From Iphione sp. A-MEVVRFRX5 (taxonomy: Eukaryota), in contig OZ320314.1 of NCBI GenBank assembly GCA_976226885.1, positions 81,654,001 through 81,718,000 of the forward strand: a DNA stretch of 64,000 bases, given 5' to 3'. Within the stretch, counting starts at the first letter, position 1, and each line of letters starts with the position of its first letter. Under the pieces are notes generated by a model that saw only the letters and a list, made by a program, of their open reading frames with translations, was not told the origin of the DNA and searched no databases. Both the position numbers and the translations under genes were made by a program. Below, piece after piece: positions 12,991-25,343 of the stretch.

Positions 12991-15803
12991 CACATGAACA
13001 TGCAATTGTTCTGTTTCTTACAGAGAAAGCAAGGTCCATGGCTTCACACATAGCCGGCAGTTTGAGTACAAGGTATGGATACAAATTCATAAACTGCTCT
13101 TGGAATTGACGAGACAAGGCGCCATTTTGTTATGAAACGGTTTTCAATTTTTACTATGCCTCTATCCTGCCAACTGTGAGGTAACACGGCTTATCAACTC
13201 ACTAATGATCGAAAGTTAAACAATAATATACAAGAAGTCTTCGTGCCCAATATGCATGAAGCTTAATTTGGTTAACTTTGGCAATGCGTCCTATAAATAC
13301 CTAAATTTTGCTTTTCGTCAGAGTCACAGAATTGTCAATGTCCTTGCTTATCAGCTCTAAGAATGTCTTAGTATTACCGGGAAAAATCCGTATTATATAT
13401 GGAGGGCTAATTTAAGATTAATGGTTTATGTTTGGTTAGAGATGAAATCACTAACTGTGCTGTAATTTCCTCTTAGATCAGCAGATACCCAACTTTTTGT
13501 CGGTGTTTTGAAGGAAGGTCGCACGTGAGCAATTATTCCCATATCAAGTGCTTGATGATCTGCACAAAATAGTCACGACGCTCACAAGCTAGCAAAAATC
13601 ACAATTGGGAATATGATTTTCGATAGGGAATTAAAAAAAACACCCTGTTGAATTACAATTTACTCATTCTAAACAGAATAAAAAAAAAACGCGCACCGCC
13701 AACACTCCTTTAATTGTGTTGCTTTATCAGTAAAACAAATGTTCCTGGGATCCCTGATATAATAGCCTGGCTGACCACTAAACGATCAATCCGAGCGGGT
13801 GGACAAATTCTAACGCTGTCGGATCAGGCACAGTCAACGTGGCTCACCGAATTGACGGGTCGGCAGTAAATTTATCTGCAGCCAGCCGCGCTATTGGCAT
13901 CCACTCACCTCAAAGGGGCCCAGGTGGCGCCACTGAGACCAAAACGCAGGCAGTAGGCTGGCAGACGCAGCTTACTCGTTATTTAGTGTAGGCTTTGCGC
14001 CTTGTAACGCCCGCCGCCACCGTTGGATATATTTTACATCTGTATTCGGCCGTTTGCATTTGTATCAATGGTTAATGTGTCGTGCAAGCAGAGAATTTTT
14101 GCATAGTAACAAGAAAGGGACAAAATACGATGCTGCCTTCGTTATGCTAACGGTGAAAATTGTGGTCGTAGCCATGTATATGCCCAGAATGTGGAGGACT
14201 TGGTTAACCCTCTCATTAGCATGCGTCCTCTGCACTGGGCTAGAATGTTATTGTGGTAGCACTACACAGGTCGTTCATACAGGATACAAATGTTACGTCG
14301 GTTCTGAATGAAAAGGCCGCTCACCAAATGACATCGACATGTTGGGTTGAGATGGTAATATGTGTGTACGTGATATATCGGTCCTAATCACTCCGAATAT
14401 TGTCTATCAATAGAGAACAGATTAATATAGGTGTGGGAAGGCAGTTAATGACAGCTTTTGTATGATCCTCTCACAACTATTGCTGTGCATGCACGTTGAT
14501 GACAAGTTAATATGCCTTCAGTTTTCCAGCGAAACCATCCTTTTTGGCCCTGGGCAATTTAAGTCGGTCTTCTCAAGGGCACACCCACTCGTCCCATGTG
14601 GGCTTGGCCACGCATAAGACTCCTCTGTAATCCGCGCACCCGGCCTCACTAATGGACTGTTTGACAACTTGTTGATCAGGTGTGATCCATTTTTCCTGAA
14701 GAAGATGCTTTATTCATAAGTGGGAATCAACATGATTTACCCATCTTTACCTTCTGTTCAAAACTCTGTCACTTGCAAAATTCGTTTTAAGCCTTCGTTT
14801 CACGGCTAAATTAGGGAAGGATCACCTGTCGCTGACGTTCGAGAAAACATATAGTAAACCATTGTGAATCTCACAGGGAAAGTCAAAAGATGCATTAAGA
14901 ACACCGAAAAACATGCTAATTTCTTAAAGGAAAGTTTTTCTACGGTATTGATTTACAAATGTACATGGTAAGTATGAATTCCGTAATGAATTCAGACAAG
15001 ACAAATATGATGGAAGTCAGACACACATGTATTTTGGTACACAGAACCTGATAAAAAAAAACTACGACATGCATGAAGACATTCTCACTTAACGGGATGC
15101 TTCAAGTAGCATCATTGGGGCACACGATTTCAATCCCAACTCTTATATAAAATACCTGGAATCCTACTTCATGTTGCAACCGAGTCCTCATTGTGAAAGT
15201 CATCGCCTATAATATACCTGTGGGAGTTTCCCGTGAGCGGTCAGCATTACCCATCTCTTGTGCTGACCTCTACTGGGAGCGATAGAAATGAAAGACAATC
15301 CAGCAATCAATAGAGGAGAAACCTGGTGGTCCAAACTATATCCCTCTGTAAGTGCGAAGAGAAGGTTGCCAAGCAGTGATCTGCAGGAGGATCAATGAGT
15401 CTGGACACCGTGCCGGACGCTACGATCCATCCCTGCCAGCCTGCAGGGCCGCCACGCCGTTTTAAATCAAATCAGCTTGCACTGTCTGCACGAAGGAACC
15501 AATGGGACGTGGGCGCGCTGGACGTTGGTAATGGATATTTAGGCTTGTTGGTCGCCATTTCGGTGACGGTGCTGCTCATCTATCAGACCGCCTCCTCTTT
15601 TTAATTAACACCTGGCCGGATAGTGGCGGCGCCTACAGTGGCAGGGTGCAAGTGCCAGGCGGTCCTCGCCTCACCTGCGGTGTGCGGGGCGATTGCGGGT
15701 GATTAATGATCATTTCACACACGTCGCATGGGCCGGGGATCCAAAATGATGGCCAGAAATAGCAGTCGAGAGTGTCGATAGGATCATGCGATATGCAAGG
15801 CCT

Positions 15804-15806
<3 letters not shown>

Positions 15807-15880
<74 letters not shown>
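15807..15880. repeat. (CT)n microsatellite, ~37 units
   Basis: Perfect CT run; source of the RERERE and SLSLSL ORFs. Confidence 0.98.
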
Positions 15881-15884
<4 letters not shown>

Positions 15885-18800
15885 CTGCAGAGACACACTT
15901 AGGGACTGTTCCCAAGTGTCGTCCCAAAATGGGCACCGCTTTCTGTGTAACTTAAAGACTCCTCCGTTGGGGAGAAATCTCTTAAAATATCCAAATGCCA
16001 TTCTATTCGGGTGGATGGCGTATATGAAATAGGTGTCCCCGTTTTTACACTGTGTAATGGTGTACCTAAAATCCGATCTTTTCCCAGTGGGGAAAGTTTC
16101 TTTTTCATCTACCAACTGTCAGTGCTAAAATATAGGTCTCGCGTAGATGGTGAAAGTGCAAACGGCTGGGGCAGACAGGAAACATATTCCTGTTCTCGAT
16201 AGTCCCTTGTAGGCAATTTATCGCGTCAATTCTATGAATGGAATCACGTTGAGCTGTACAAATGTCTGCAATTAACAATCACTCCTCTAGAATGTTCGGC
16301 TTGTTTGTTCCTTTATTACACCAGTGATCAAGCAACAAACATAATAGTTTTCCGCAGCAACGTAACACCAGCCAGGAAAATAATCCTCACGTATTATTAA
16401 TTACTACGGACACAGAAACCAAGGACCTCATTACAGCTGGATTTGCAGAGGGCCCATCTTCAGTTTTTAAGATATACATGTGCCATAAATAAAACTATTG
16501 AAGGCACTAGTGGCAAGGTGAGCAGGTGTAGGGAAGGATTTATGCCATAGATTCATCTTGTGCACCTGTCATCCACCTTCAGATATATGTTTTAACCACA
16601 TCCTTCTCCATTATTTCTAGGCCTTGATATGGAATCGTCTATCATTGTCAATCTTTACATGGCCCCTTTGTGAGTCACTCTCTAATATAACTTGAATATG
16701 CTTATTCGAATATGCCAACGACTCGTTATCTTTTTTCTCTTCTTTAAACTCCCAGAAAGGGCACACATCGTGAAATATTTATGGAAGCAAAAGTGTCCAA
16801 CGTAAACTATTGTACCATATCACGGTTTTCAAATACGACAAACGGAGAACCGAATTGTCTTTGTTGCCCGAAAACTATTCTTTTATGTAAGATACCTAGT
16901 CATAAGCATGATTTTTGTATACTGAACATTCTGTTTTTTTTTTTCAAATTATCACTGTTTTATACATAGATAGCCCGCTTATTAAAAAGGAACAGTTTTA
17001 TGGAGATTGAAAGAGAAAAAGCATAGAAGATCTTCTGACAGAATCGCATGTGGAAGCAATGAATTTGAAGCCACCTAAGAAGCCAATAAAAATATATGTG
17101 TCCTCTCCGAAGATAAAAGCGTCAAGATAATGAATGCTGAATAAACCAAACTAATGTTGAATCACTGATGTTTCATATTTGAGGAAGTTTTGAAAATAAT
17201 TAGGGCAGGCGTAAGCATTTCTCAAGCCTTTTTAATTTAAGACTATGTCTACAATATAGATCGATTTCAAGGTGTTGCCACTATGAATACCTCAATAGGC
17301 TCCAAAATGCCTTCAGTGGTCGAAATGTAAAAAGCGCCTTTCTCAGATGATCGTACCTGCCAACCAACAAACACGTAGCTCGACCACACAAACGACATTT
17401 TACCAAAAGCCCTTATCCCTTCCTCGATCCAAACCTCTTATCTGACACATCCTAAATGACACTGGCCTCACTGGGAAGAGTGCCGAATGTATTGCTACAC
17501 TTGCTAGCCATCGATTTACGCTTTGCATATCGCCCCATCAGATGTCATTCGGTCTGCCTGGTAGTTTTGACGTAATCAACTATGGAATCATGCGATCTCA
17601 TGCTATTTCTTTGTTTCAGGAGGGGAAAAATACCCAGTGAGAGAAAGAAAGGGGCATGGCGGAATAATCTATATTCCGCTGAACTGTCTTCAATAAAACG
17701 CTTTATATATATGGCACATATATTCATGTATGATATTCGTCCGATAGTGGATGGCCTAGCTGCAACATGAGCCTCCCACTCCTAATTTCTTTTACATTTT
17801 AAACGTAACAGCATCCGTGGCCTATTATCAACGGGGTTCACCTGCAAAACCACATCCAAGGCACTAAGCTTTTAACGACGAATAAACCCATGAATTCTGC
17901 TCCACTAGCCTTATACAAAGCAGTGGGCGAAAGCCGAGGACTGACGGACACATTGCTCCTGAATAACAACTGGGAGGCTAAACGACCACAGGAAGTACAT
18001 CAGCCTATTATGATGCACATTTGGCTTTCTGGCCGACAAATGGGTGGCCTGATGCTGGTCTATTGGCCAATCGGGGGGGGGTGCAGGGAATTAATGGCCG
18101 CCCATGGTGTAAACTTGCACTGCCAAAGGTAGCCATCCCTCACTGGTGGGAAGGTGTCGTCGTAAAACGTCTGATATTGACGTCAACCATTATTCTTGTA
18201 CATTGCTAATTTACGCAGCTTAATTTTTTCCTCGTTAATGTACCTGCCAATGGGATATACACACAACATTCAAACCACCTAATGCCTTTACATGTAAGTT
18301 GGAGCATGGACGTGAAACACAGACTGAATATCTTTGGAATGTATTTGCCAAAAAAAACTCTTGTAAACTGAACTACATATTTTCCTACAAGCTGCATCTC
18401 CAAACAGGACTTCAAATCTCCAACCCAGGTTGAAGCTTCTGTGGAACCTGGCTGTGCGACATATCCAGAAGCTTTACAGGCGTTGGGTTGTTATAGCCAC
18501 GGAAATCATATAGTATACTACAAAGGCGGTTTAGGGCGTATATATCACGGTGTGGGTCACAGGGGCCATTGGCTGTGTTCTCGGGGTATCGCTCTAACAG
18601 GGGTAGGGGGATCATGGGGCCATCAGCAGGGCCAAGGTGCACAATAAAAAGGGTCCGTAGGCCTCGGCGAGGGCGGTGTTGGCTGTCGTCTATTTGATAT
18701 ATGTGCGAAACGTCCTACATTGCGTCGGATGACAGAGGAAATTCTTGAGATCATACCGCAACAATGACATCAAATTTTCAACATACATGTACATTGTGCT

Positions 18801-21800
18801 GATGGACCTGAATGAGACGCTTTTAAATAACGGTGATAAAAAGTGATGCGTTGGCTGATGTGATTGACGAGTGTGCATGTATATATCTCGCAAAGGAGGA
18901 ATCTTTATTGGGAACTTTCGATACTCTAGTTAGAACTGGACAAGTGAAAAAATACGCACATACAAACACAGAATAAAGGAAGTGTTCAGTGTTAAACACT
19001 CTTTGTCTATTACGTTTTATCTATGAAAGAAGTGGACGACATTCAGGCAGAGTCCAGTCTATAGTTGTCACGTTTTATCTATACTGATGTGATGATAAGA
19101 ACGAAGAGCTAGTTGTGTCTAAAGAAATAATGGATTAATGTGTTTATAGGCTGCTTACACTTTTTCAACACGTAGTGTTTACAGAAAAAGATAAGTGGTT
19201 TTGATACCTAAGAGTTTAGGCATGTGCAACTATTATTATGAACTTCAGTTAATTGAAGCGCTCAAAATTCAACATCTCTATCCAGTATCAACCCCATAGC
19301 ATATTAATACCAGCAATATATGCTTTTACAGGGCACCAGCGTTGCTTTTGTTTATATGGGCAGTAAAACATGCATGTTTTTGACACGTTACTCCGCAAGA
19401 AGTAGACAAGTGACCTCATTATCTATTTCTTCTCTTCAAACGAAAACCTTCGAACTTCAATTTAAGTGGGGTTTTCCCGTTTGCCTCGTGTCGGTAATGA
19501 TGATTGATGTGAACGTGGATACCCCCGCTCCTGGAGTGCTTACTTCACTTTATTATTGAAAATTATAATCCGACAGAACTAGAACGATCTGATAGCTGAA
19601 CAGTCCTGGGCAAATCGATTCCGGAAGATCCCCTCACTCACCGCGCAGGCAGATGCATTTGTTCCAACAGGAATGAACGCCGGATCAGAGATAATATTGC
19701 AGGTCTTGCTCAGTCTAGACTCACCGAGAGTGATGGACCAAGTCAGTCGACAGATTTGAGACCAATTAATCATAATTACTTTTTAAAATGTTTCTCTCAT
19801 TGATAGAGGATGATGTCAAGAAATGATAGATGCACTGCTTTAACAAGTCGAGTACTTTCTGGGTTTCCGACATCCAATTTTAATTGCCGTCCCTTCTTAT
19901 TTGGGCGGAAACAAAACTTCGGTTCGTTTGGCGTGGATTATTACTGGCAGGACAAATGAAGGGTTGGCTCCACGGCGAAGACGGGCCTCCACCCTCCCTC
20001 ATCCTTAGGATGTGTATAGGAGGCCTCTGATTGACTGAGCCTCGAAAGTAATTGTGAAGAATGAATGCTTATTTATCCACTGCTACTGGTTCCCCAGCAC
20101 CTAACGGGTTCTATTAAATTCTGCACCACAGATAAATGACTGCGTAATGAAGCAGTTATAAAGGGGCATGAGGCAGGAAATGATATATATATATATATAT
20201 ATAGATCGATAGACAGATGGATGTACACATATATTAACGTGGATTCCTTTCGTCTGTAGGTATATGTGCGGATAATGTACACGTGTACTTGAAGACAGTA
20301 CAATATTCTATTTACATGTACCTGGTTCCGTGTACCATGTAAAATTATGTATATTATAAACCTACACCTAACATATTCTACGCATTGGTACATGTATTTT
20401 GTAATACAACCTCACTCCCATCAGAGGAAATAAAGAAAGAGAAAAACTGCGTAGAGATCAATCGCAATGTGCATTCGCGTTGTACCTTTTTTCCATCACA
20501 GGACGACAAGGGTTAAAGTCTGTTGAACAGTTTTGTCCTTCTTTCTAATCTAGAAACCGTGACAGAGACACAAGACTGGATGGGCCAAAACCCGAAATGG
20601 TGATTACATTCTTTATTGTTTCGTCCATCGGCCTGTGATGCACAGAGACGGACACCAGGGCGGACATGAGAGGGCATGCGAGGGCAGGATGGATTCTTAT
20701 CGCGCAAGATATGACAGCACCAGAATGGGAAGCATATTGATAGAATCGGGAGTAATATTGGCATTCTTAATAGAATTGGCGTCCTTCTGAGTCGGAATGT
20801 CTTCACTAACCCCCCCCCCCCTACGTTCCCTCTCTTTCCAACCCTTCTCCTGTTGAGTTTTCTTTTCCACTTGTCACCGTGGAGTCCTAAACGGAAGTGC
20901 GTGTGGCTATAATGGGGTCAAGCATACGCCAAAGTTTGTGTGAATTTCTTATCATATCATCCATACAGCATGATGCATTTGTCATTAACTTTTTACGCGA
21001 TGAATCTGTACCAAGGTACACTTGCCACGGTTTCATCGACGGTCTAATAGACACCAGGCCTTCTTTGACATACGCATTCGTAGCTCCACATATCTACATT
21101 CATCTCCAAGGTATCCTTTTGGTGCAGATGTGCCAAGCTGTGAGTGCTGGCAGTTCTGCTGCACACAATCACTGCTCTACTTTGGCCACTACTCCCCGAG
21201 TCAGCCCAGCCGCGACAGCCCAGACGGCGCCATTGACTACATCTGCGAGGCCTGTTTGGGCGCCGATCACCGACGGGCGCCGTGCCATTGACTTGTCCCC
21301 AATTCGCTGGTGACACCTAATGGTGTGTAGCCCGTCCCTGGGCATAAAGCCCGGCCGCCAGACAAGCTTACATTGACCCCTCCGTCAGCCGCCCACCTTC
21401 ACGGCCCCCATCCCCTTCCCCTACATAGTTTGCGCCTCGCTCTGGCGAATTGACAGCGGCCGACGCACCCTGTGGTGGGAGCGAGGTCAATAGTGGAGCC
21501 CCTTTGGCATGCGTCACTCCTGACTTCCGGTCCGCTCTAACCCCTTCTAGAGTCCTTTCATAAACTCAATTAAGCTCTCCTGTGATGGATATATATTTTG
21601 TTTGTGAGCAACAGCGGGCCTATGGAGTGTGCCGCTGCTTTCATTTCAGCCTGCTGCCCAGTTGAAAGGACATGTGGGACAATCATAGCAATGCATAGTT
21701 ATGTTGGTTTACATACAGCGACAGGGACAGAGCCAGAGACAGAGAGAAACAGAGATAAAGGGTGACAGAGACACAAAGACAGACACACACAGAGAAATCT

Positions 21801-22505
21801 AATGAGAAAGTAGTTAACAAATTTATCCTGACAAGAAAATACGACTGCAGGGTCCGTTTTGTTTGTCTAAAGTTGTGATCTAACTTCATACACGTGGGTA
21901 ATTTCGCGCCAATGTCGATCTCAATACACAAAGGGAACCATGTAATCACCTTGGGAGACCTCGCTGCCCCTGATCCGAGCTCGCCACTGGAGATATCGGT
22001 AGCCCCAATACGGCGTCTGTGTCTGGCTGATTGTTGACCCGGGCTTGCCCAGGAAGAGCGAGTCCGGCCTGTAGGCGGCGCCACTCAAGAGGATCTCTCT
22101 GGCACCGGGCGATTGGTTGTGAGCACAACTTGTTAAATAAGAAAGCCCCTGGCATGTCCATATAGCGAAGCACGAGTGGTTGGAGCAACAAACTACCTAC
22201 CTGAAAATACACAGAATAATAATGGACATCAGAGGCAGGCATCAAGTCAGCGATATTTTTTTTTTTTTTTTTTAAACTTTTATTTAACCTAGCAATCCCA
22301 AATGGTGCCAGGGTGTACTACAATAAGTTGTCTGTTGGTGTTTCCTATACACATATCGGTGACAAAATTATATACACTATATACAACATTATATACAAAA
22401 TATATACAGATTATATACAACTATTTACAACAAAGTGTGCATTTACATAAATTCAGGAATTTGATATGAGTCAATTTGGTAATTCAAATTATATACAGTC
22501 TTCAT

Positions 22506-23507
22506 TCAAGGGACACGCCAGTTCTCTTTTAGGAGCTTTCTTTTAAGGTTTCGTTTAAATTGCTTCTTGTCTTCTAGTACATCACTAGGATCTAGACAAT
22601 TCCAAAATTTTTTTGCATTAAACAAGGGATCAGATTTGAATTGTGTTAGTCTAACTTGAGGTAGTGGCAGCAGAACCTTTCTTGTTCTACAAAGTGGTTG
22701 CAGTTTTTTGTAGATGGGATATAGGATACGGTGATGTAAACAAAGAGAGAAATAAATGCTTCTTTTTTCTAGTGGTAATATTTTAAATTTCGACATAAGG
22801 GTAGTGATGCTGGTGGTATAATCACAAGTGGCTAGACGGACGGCCTTATGTAATTGTGATGAAAGTCGTTTAAATATGATATTATTATAACAGTGAACTG
22901 AGCCCAGGCCATATTCCACTAGAGGCATGTAATAACTTTTAACTATCTGAATGGCAGCCCATTTGTTTGAACGTCTCTTTACATGTCGAATGAGATTTAA
23001 GAGACTATAAGTTTTTCTTAGTTTTGCTGATAACTCAGCCTTCAAGCTCAGAGTTCTATCTAAGATGAAACCCAAGTATTTGTATTGGTCTACATGAGCT
23101 AACTCATTCTCACCTATTCGTATAGTGAGATTGTGATGTTTGAACTTGCTCCTAGTAGTGGTACAGAACATACTCTCAGTTTTGGTATAGTTAATGCTGA
23201 TCCCATTGGCCTTGCACCATCTATCTAGTGCTAATAGATCGGTTTTAAGGGATTCCTCTATTCTGTGTGGATTTTTGTCAGCAAAAAGCAGGACAGTGTC
23301 GTCAGCGTACATAACTACTTTACTTCTTTTGATGACCTTTATGCTGTCATTAATAAATAATGAAAAGAGAACAGGGCCCAAAATGCTCCCTTGGGGAACT
23401 CCGGTATTGAGGGGCCTTTTCATTGACGTAAACGATTTTTGCCTAGTTTGTATAGTTCTATTGAATAAGTACGATTTTATCCAGTACCAGCTGCTTTTAA
23501 AGCCCAT
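22506..23507 (-). CDS. LINE ORF2 C-terminal part: RT catalytic core and thumb, in frame with the upstream ORF
   Basis: GVPQGSILGP, YADD, YKYLG motifs. Junction reads LKKL*KMGF, a single in-frame stop at 23511..23513. Confidence 0.95.
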   Translation of the reverse strand: MGFKSSWYWIKSYLFNRTIQTRQKSFTSMKRPLNTGVPQGSILGPVLFSLFINDSIKVIKRSKVVMYADDTVLLFADKNPHRIEESLKTDLLALDRWCKANGISINYTKTESMFCTTTRSKFKHHNLTIRIGENELAHVDQYKYLGFILDRTLSLKAELSAKLRKTYSLLNLIRHVKRRSNKWAAIQIVKSYYMPLVEYGLGSVHCYNNIIFKRLSSQLHKAVRLATCDYTTSITTLMSKFKILPLEKRSIYFSLCLHHRILYPIYKKLQPLCRTRKVLLPLPQVRLTQFKSDPLFNAKKFWNCLDPSDVLEDKKQFKRNLKRKLLKENWRVP

Positions 23508-23510
23508 TTT

Positions 23511-25343
23511 CTACAGTTTCTTTAGTAAGACTGAGTGTTGAATACTATCAAAAGCTTTTTTATAGTCAACAAACACTAGGCCTACCATCTTACCTTGATT
23601 GAGAGCAGTGTATGAGTATGAGAGGACAGTGTTGAGGGCATCGATTGTTGAACGGCCCTGCCTAAATCCGTATTGGCAGTCTGAGAATAGCTCATTAGTG
23701 TTGATATATTCAACCATTTGTGTATAGACAACTCTTTCAAGAATTTTACTTGGCAGTGGCAAGATACTAATTGGTCTAAAAGAGTTAGCATCCATCTTAC
23801 TACCCTTTCCTTTGTATAGTGGAATTACAGTTGCCTCCTTCCAAGACTTGGGCACATGTCTCAATAAAAGTGACTGGTTGATTAGGTAAGTGAACTCTTT
23901 GAGAAAAATTATAAGAGTGTCTTTAAGAATAGTGGAGCTGATATTCTTGTACCCACTTGGTTTAGAACTTTTTTGCAACTGGATGGCTTTGAGAACACTC
24001 TCATCTGATACTTTATTTAATTCAAAGGTATTGTTAACCTGTGGTACACCATCCAGTATCAGGTCATCAGTTATATCAAAACTGTTTTCCCCTACACTTG
24101 AGAAGTGCATATTAAATTTCTCAGTCGAGTCACTAGGAGAGAGAAGCCCATCAGCGTTATCTAATAAGTATAAGTTAGAGGATTTTTCTTTGCCAGCTAA
24201 TTTGTTCAAAATTGACCAATATTTCTTTGGGTTATCCTTGTGCTCACTCAGGTGACTACAGATGGCTCCAGCGACGTCTTTATTTAAGGCGTCTTTAACT
24301 CGGAGTCGTAAAGAATTTGCCGTACGGTATAGACTATTATTTCTTAGCCTGAGTGCAGCTCTATATGTAGAGTTTTTTCTGTGGATCAATGCTAATGTAG
24401 CTTCACTTGGGAGGAAACCTGATTGATATCTGGTTTTGGTTGCTTTCAATGGAGTTATCTCCGAAAGACTATCCACAATGAAATTGTACAACAGTTTCCA
24501 GAGGACATCTGGGTTATGCTCGGAAAAGTACTCAATGCTATCGAATGCTGACTTCGCCTCAGAAAATTTGTTACAGGTTTTAGAGGACCATTTTCTATAG
24601 TTAATGATATGATAGGGAGGCAATTCCATTGGAAAGTGTAAGCATAGAACTATGGGGTAATGATCACTAATATAGTCTTTAACAATTTTATAGGAAAATT
24701 TTGTGGTGAGCTGCACTAGGGCTAAGTCAATGGCTGTTGCACTAGAGATTGCACAACGTGTTGGCTCCCGTATTACTTGTACCAAATTAAAGCTTTTACA
24801 TAAGTAAATAATCTCCTTGTAGTCTTTGCTGTGCGGCTCTAGGGCATTGATGTTGAAATCACCTATGATAGCAAATGTATCTCCCATACTAAAGTAGTTT
24901 TCGAGCGCCTCTTCTATTTGGTGAATGAATGCAGAGACTACTCCTTGTGGTGGTCTATATGTGCATGCAAGGTGGAGTGTTTTCCTATTGGGCAAGGTGA
25001 TTCTTAGCCATAAGATCTCAATATTCTGATCTGAGTGATTATATATGCTGCAACTGCTACTATCTGTTAATAACTGACTCTTTACATAAAACACAAGTCC
25101 CCCACCCCGTTTGTCCTTCCTGTCCAATCTGGTTACATCATATCCAGAGATATGGATGGCCGCAGAGGGGATATCATTATTTAGCCATGTTTCTGATAAG
25201 ATAAGTACATCAGCGTCATGTGTTCTTGCTATCAGAGTAACTTCTGGCACCTTATTCAGGAGGCTACGGACATTAAGGTGAATAATGTTTAGCGTGTCCC
25301 TTGATTGCGGTATACATTTCAACATAGACAAATAAGGCAACAC
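23511..25343 (-). CDS. LINE ORF2 N-terminal part: apurinic-like endonuclease (APE), linker and start of reverse transcriptase; ends at a premature TAG
   Basis: APE motifs HLNVRSL, ILSETWL, RGGGLVFYV, TYRPP, IGDFNIN, SDHYPI; RT motifs WKEATVIPLYK, FRPISILP, QYGFRQGRST, FVDYKKAFDSI. The track starts at GTG; the first ATG is at 25325. Confidence 0.95.
   Translation of the reverse strand: MLPYLSMLKCIPQSRDTLNIIHLNVRSLLNKVPEVTLIARTHDADVLILSETWLNNDIPSAAIHISGYDVTRLDRKDKRGGGLVFYVKSQLLTDSSSCSIYNHSDQNIEILWLRITLPNRKTLHLACTYRPPQGVVSAFIHQIEEALENYFSMGDTFAIIGDFNINALEPHSKDYKEIIYLCKSFNLVQVIREPTRCAISSATAIDLALVQLTTKFSYKIVKDYISDHYPIVLCLHFPMELPPYHIINYRKWSSKTCNKFSEAKSAFDSIEYFSEHNPDVLWKLLYNFIVDSLSEITPLKATKTRYQSGFLPSEATLALIHRKNSTYRAALRLRNNSLYRTANSLRLRVKDALNKDVAGAICSHLSEHKDNPKKYWSILNKLAGKEKSSNLYLLDNADGLLSPSDSTEKFNMHFSSVGENSFDITDDLILDGVPQVNNTFELNKVSDESVLKAIQLQKSSKPSGYKNISSTILKDTLIIFLKEFTYLINQSLLLRHVPKSWKEATVIPLYKGKGSKMDANSFRPISILPLPSKILERVVYTQMVEYINTNELFSDCQYGFRQGRSTIDALNTVLSYSYTALNQGKMVGLVFVDYKKAFDSIQHSVLLKKL

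Noticed and set aside
15633-16115. 160-aa ORF with RE repeats and overlapping ORFs
   Set aside because: Produced by the (CT)n microsatellite; the flanks have no domain similarity.
21022-21291. Cys-rich ORF ending DYICEAC, PHD-finger-like
   Set aside because: Lacks the C4-H-C3 spacing and the His ligand; no supporting splice structure.
23505-23516. Programmed stop-codon readthrough in LINE ORF2
   Set aside because: The context TAG-AAA-ATG does not match known leaky contexts (TAG-CAA-TTA, TGA-CTA-G). A point mutation is the simpler explanation.
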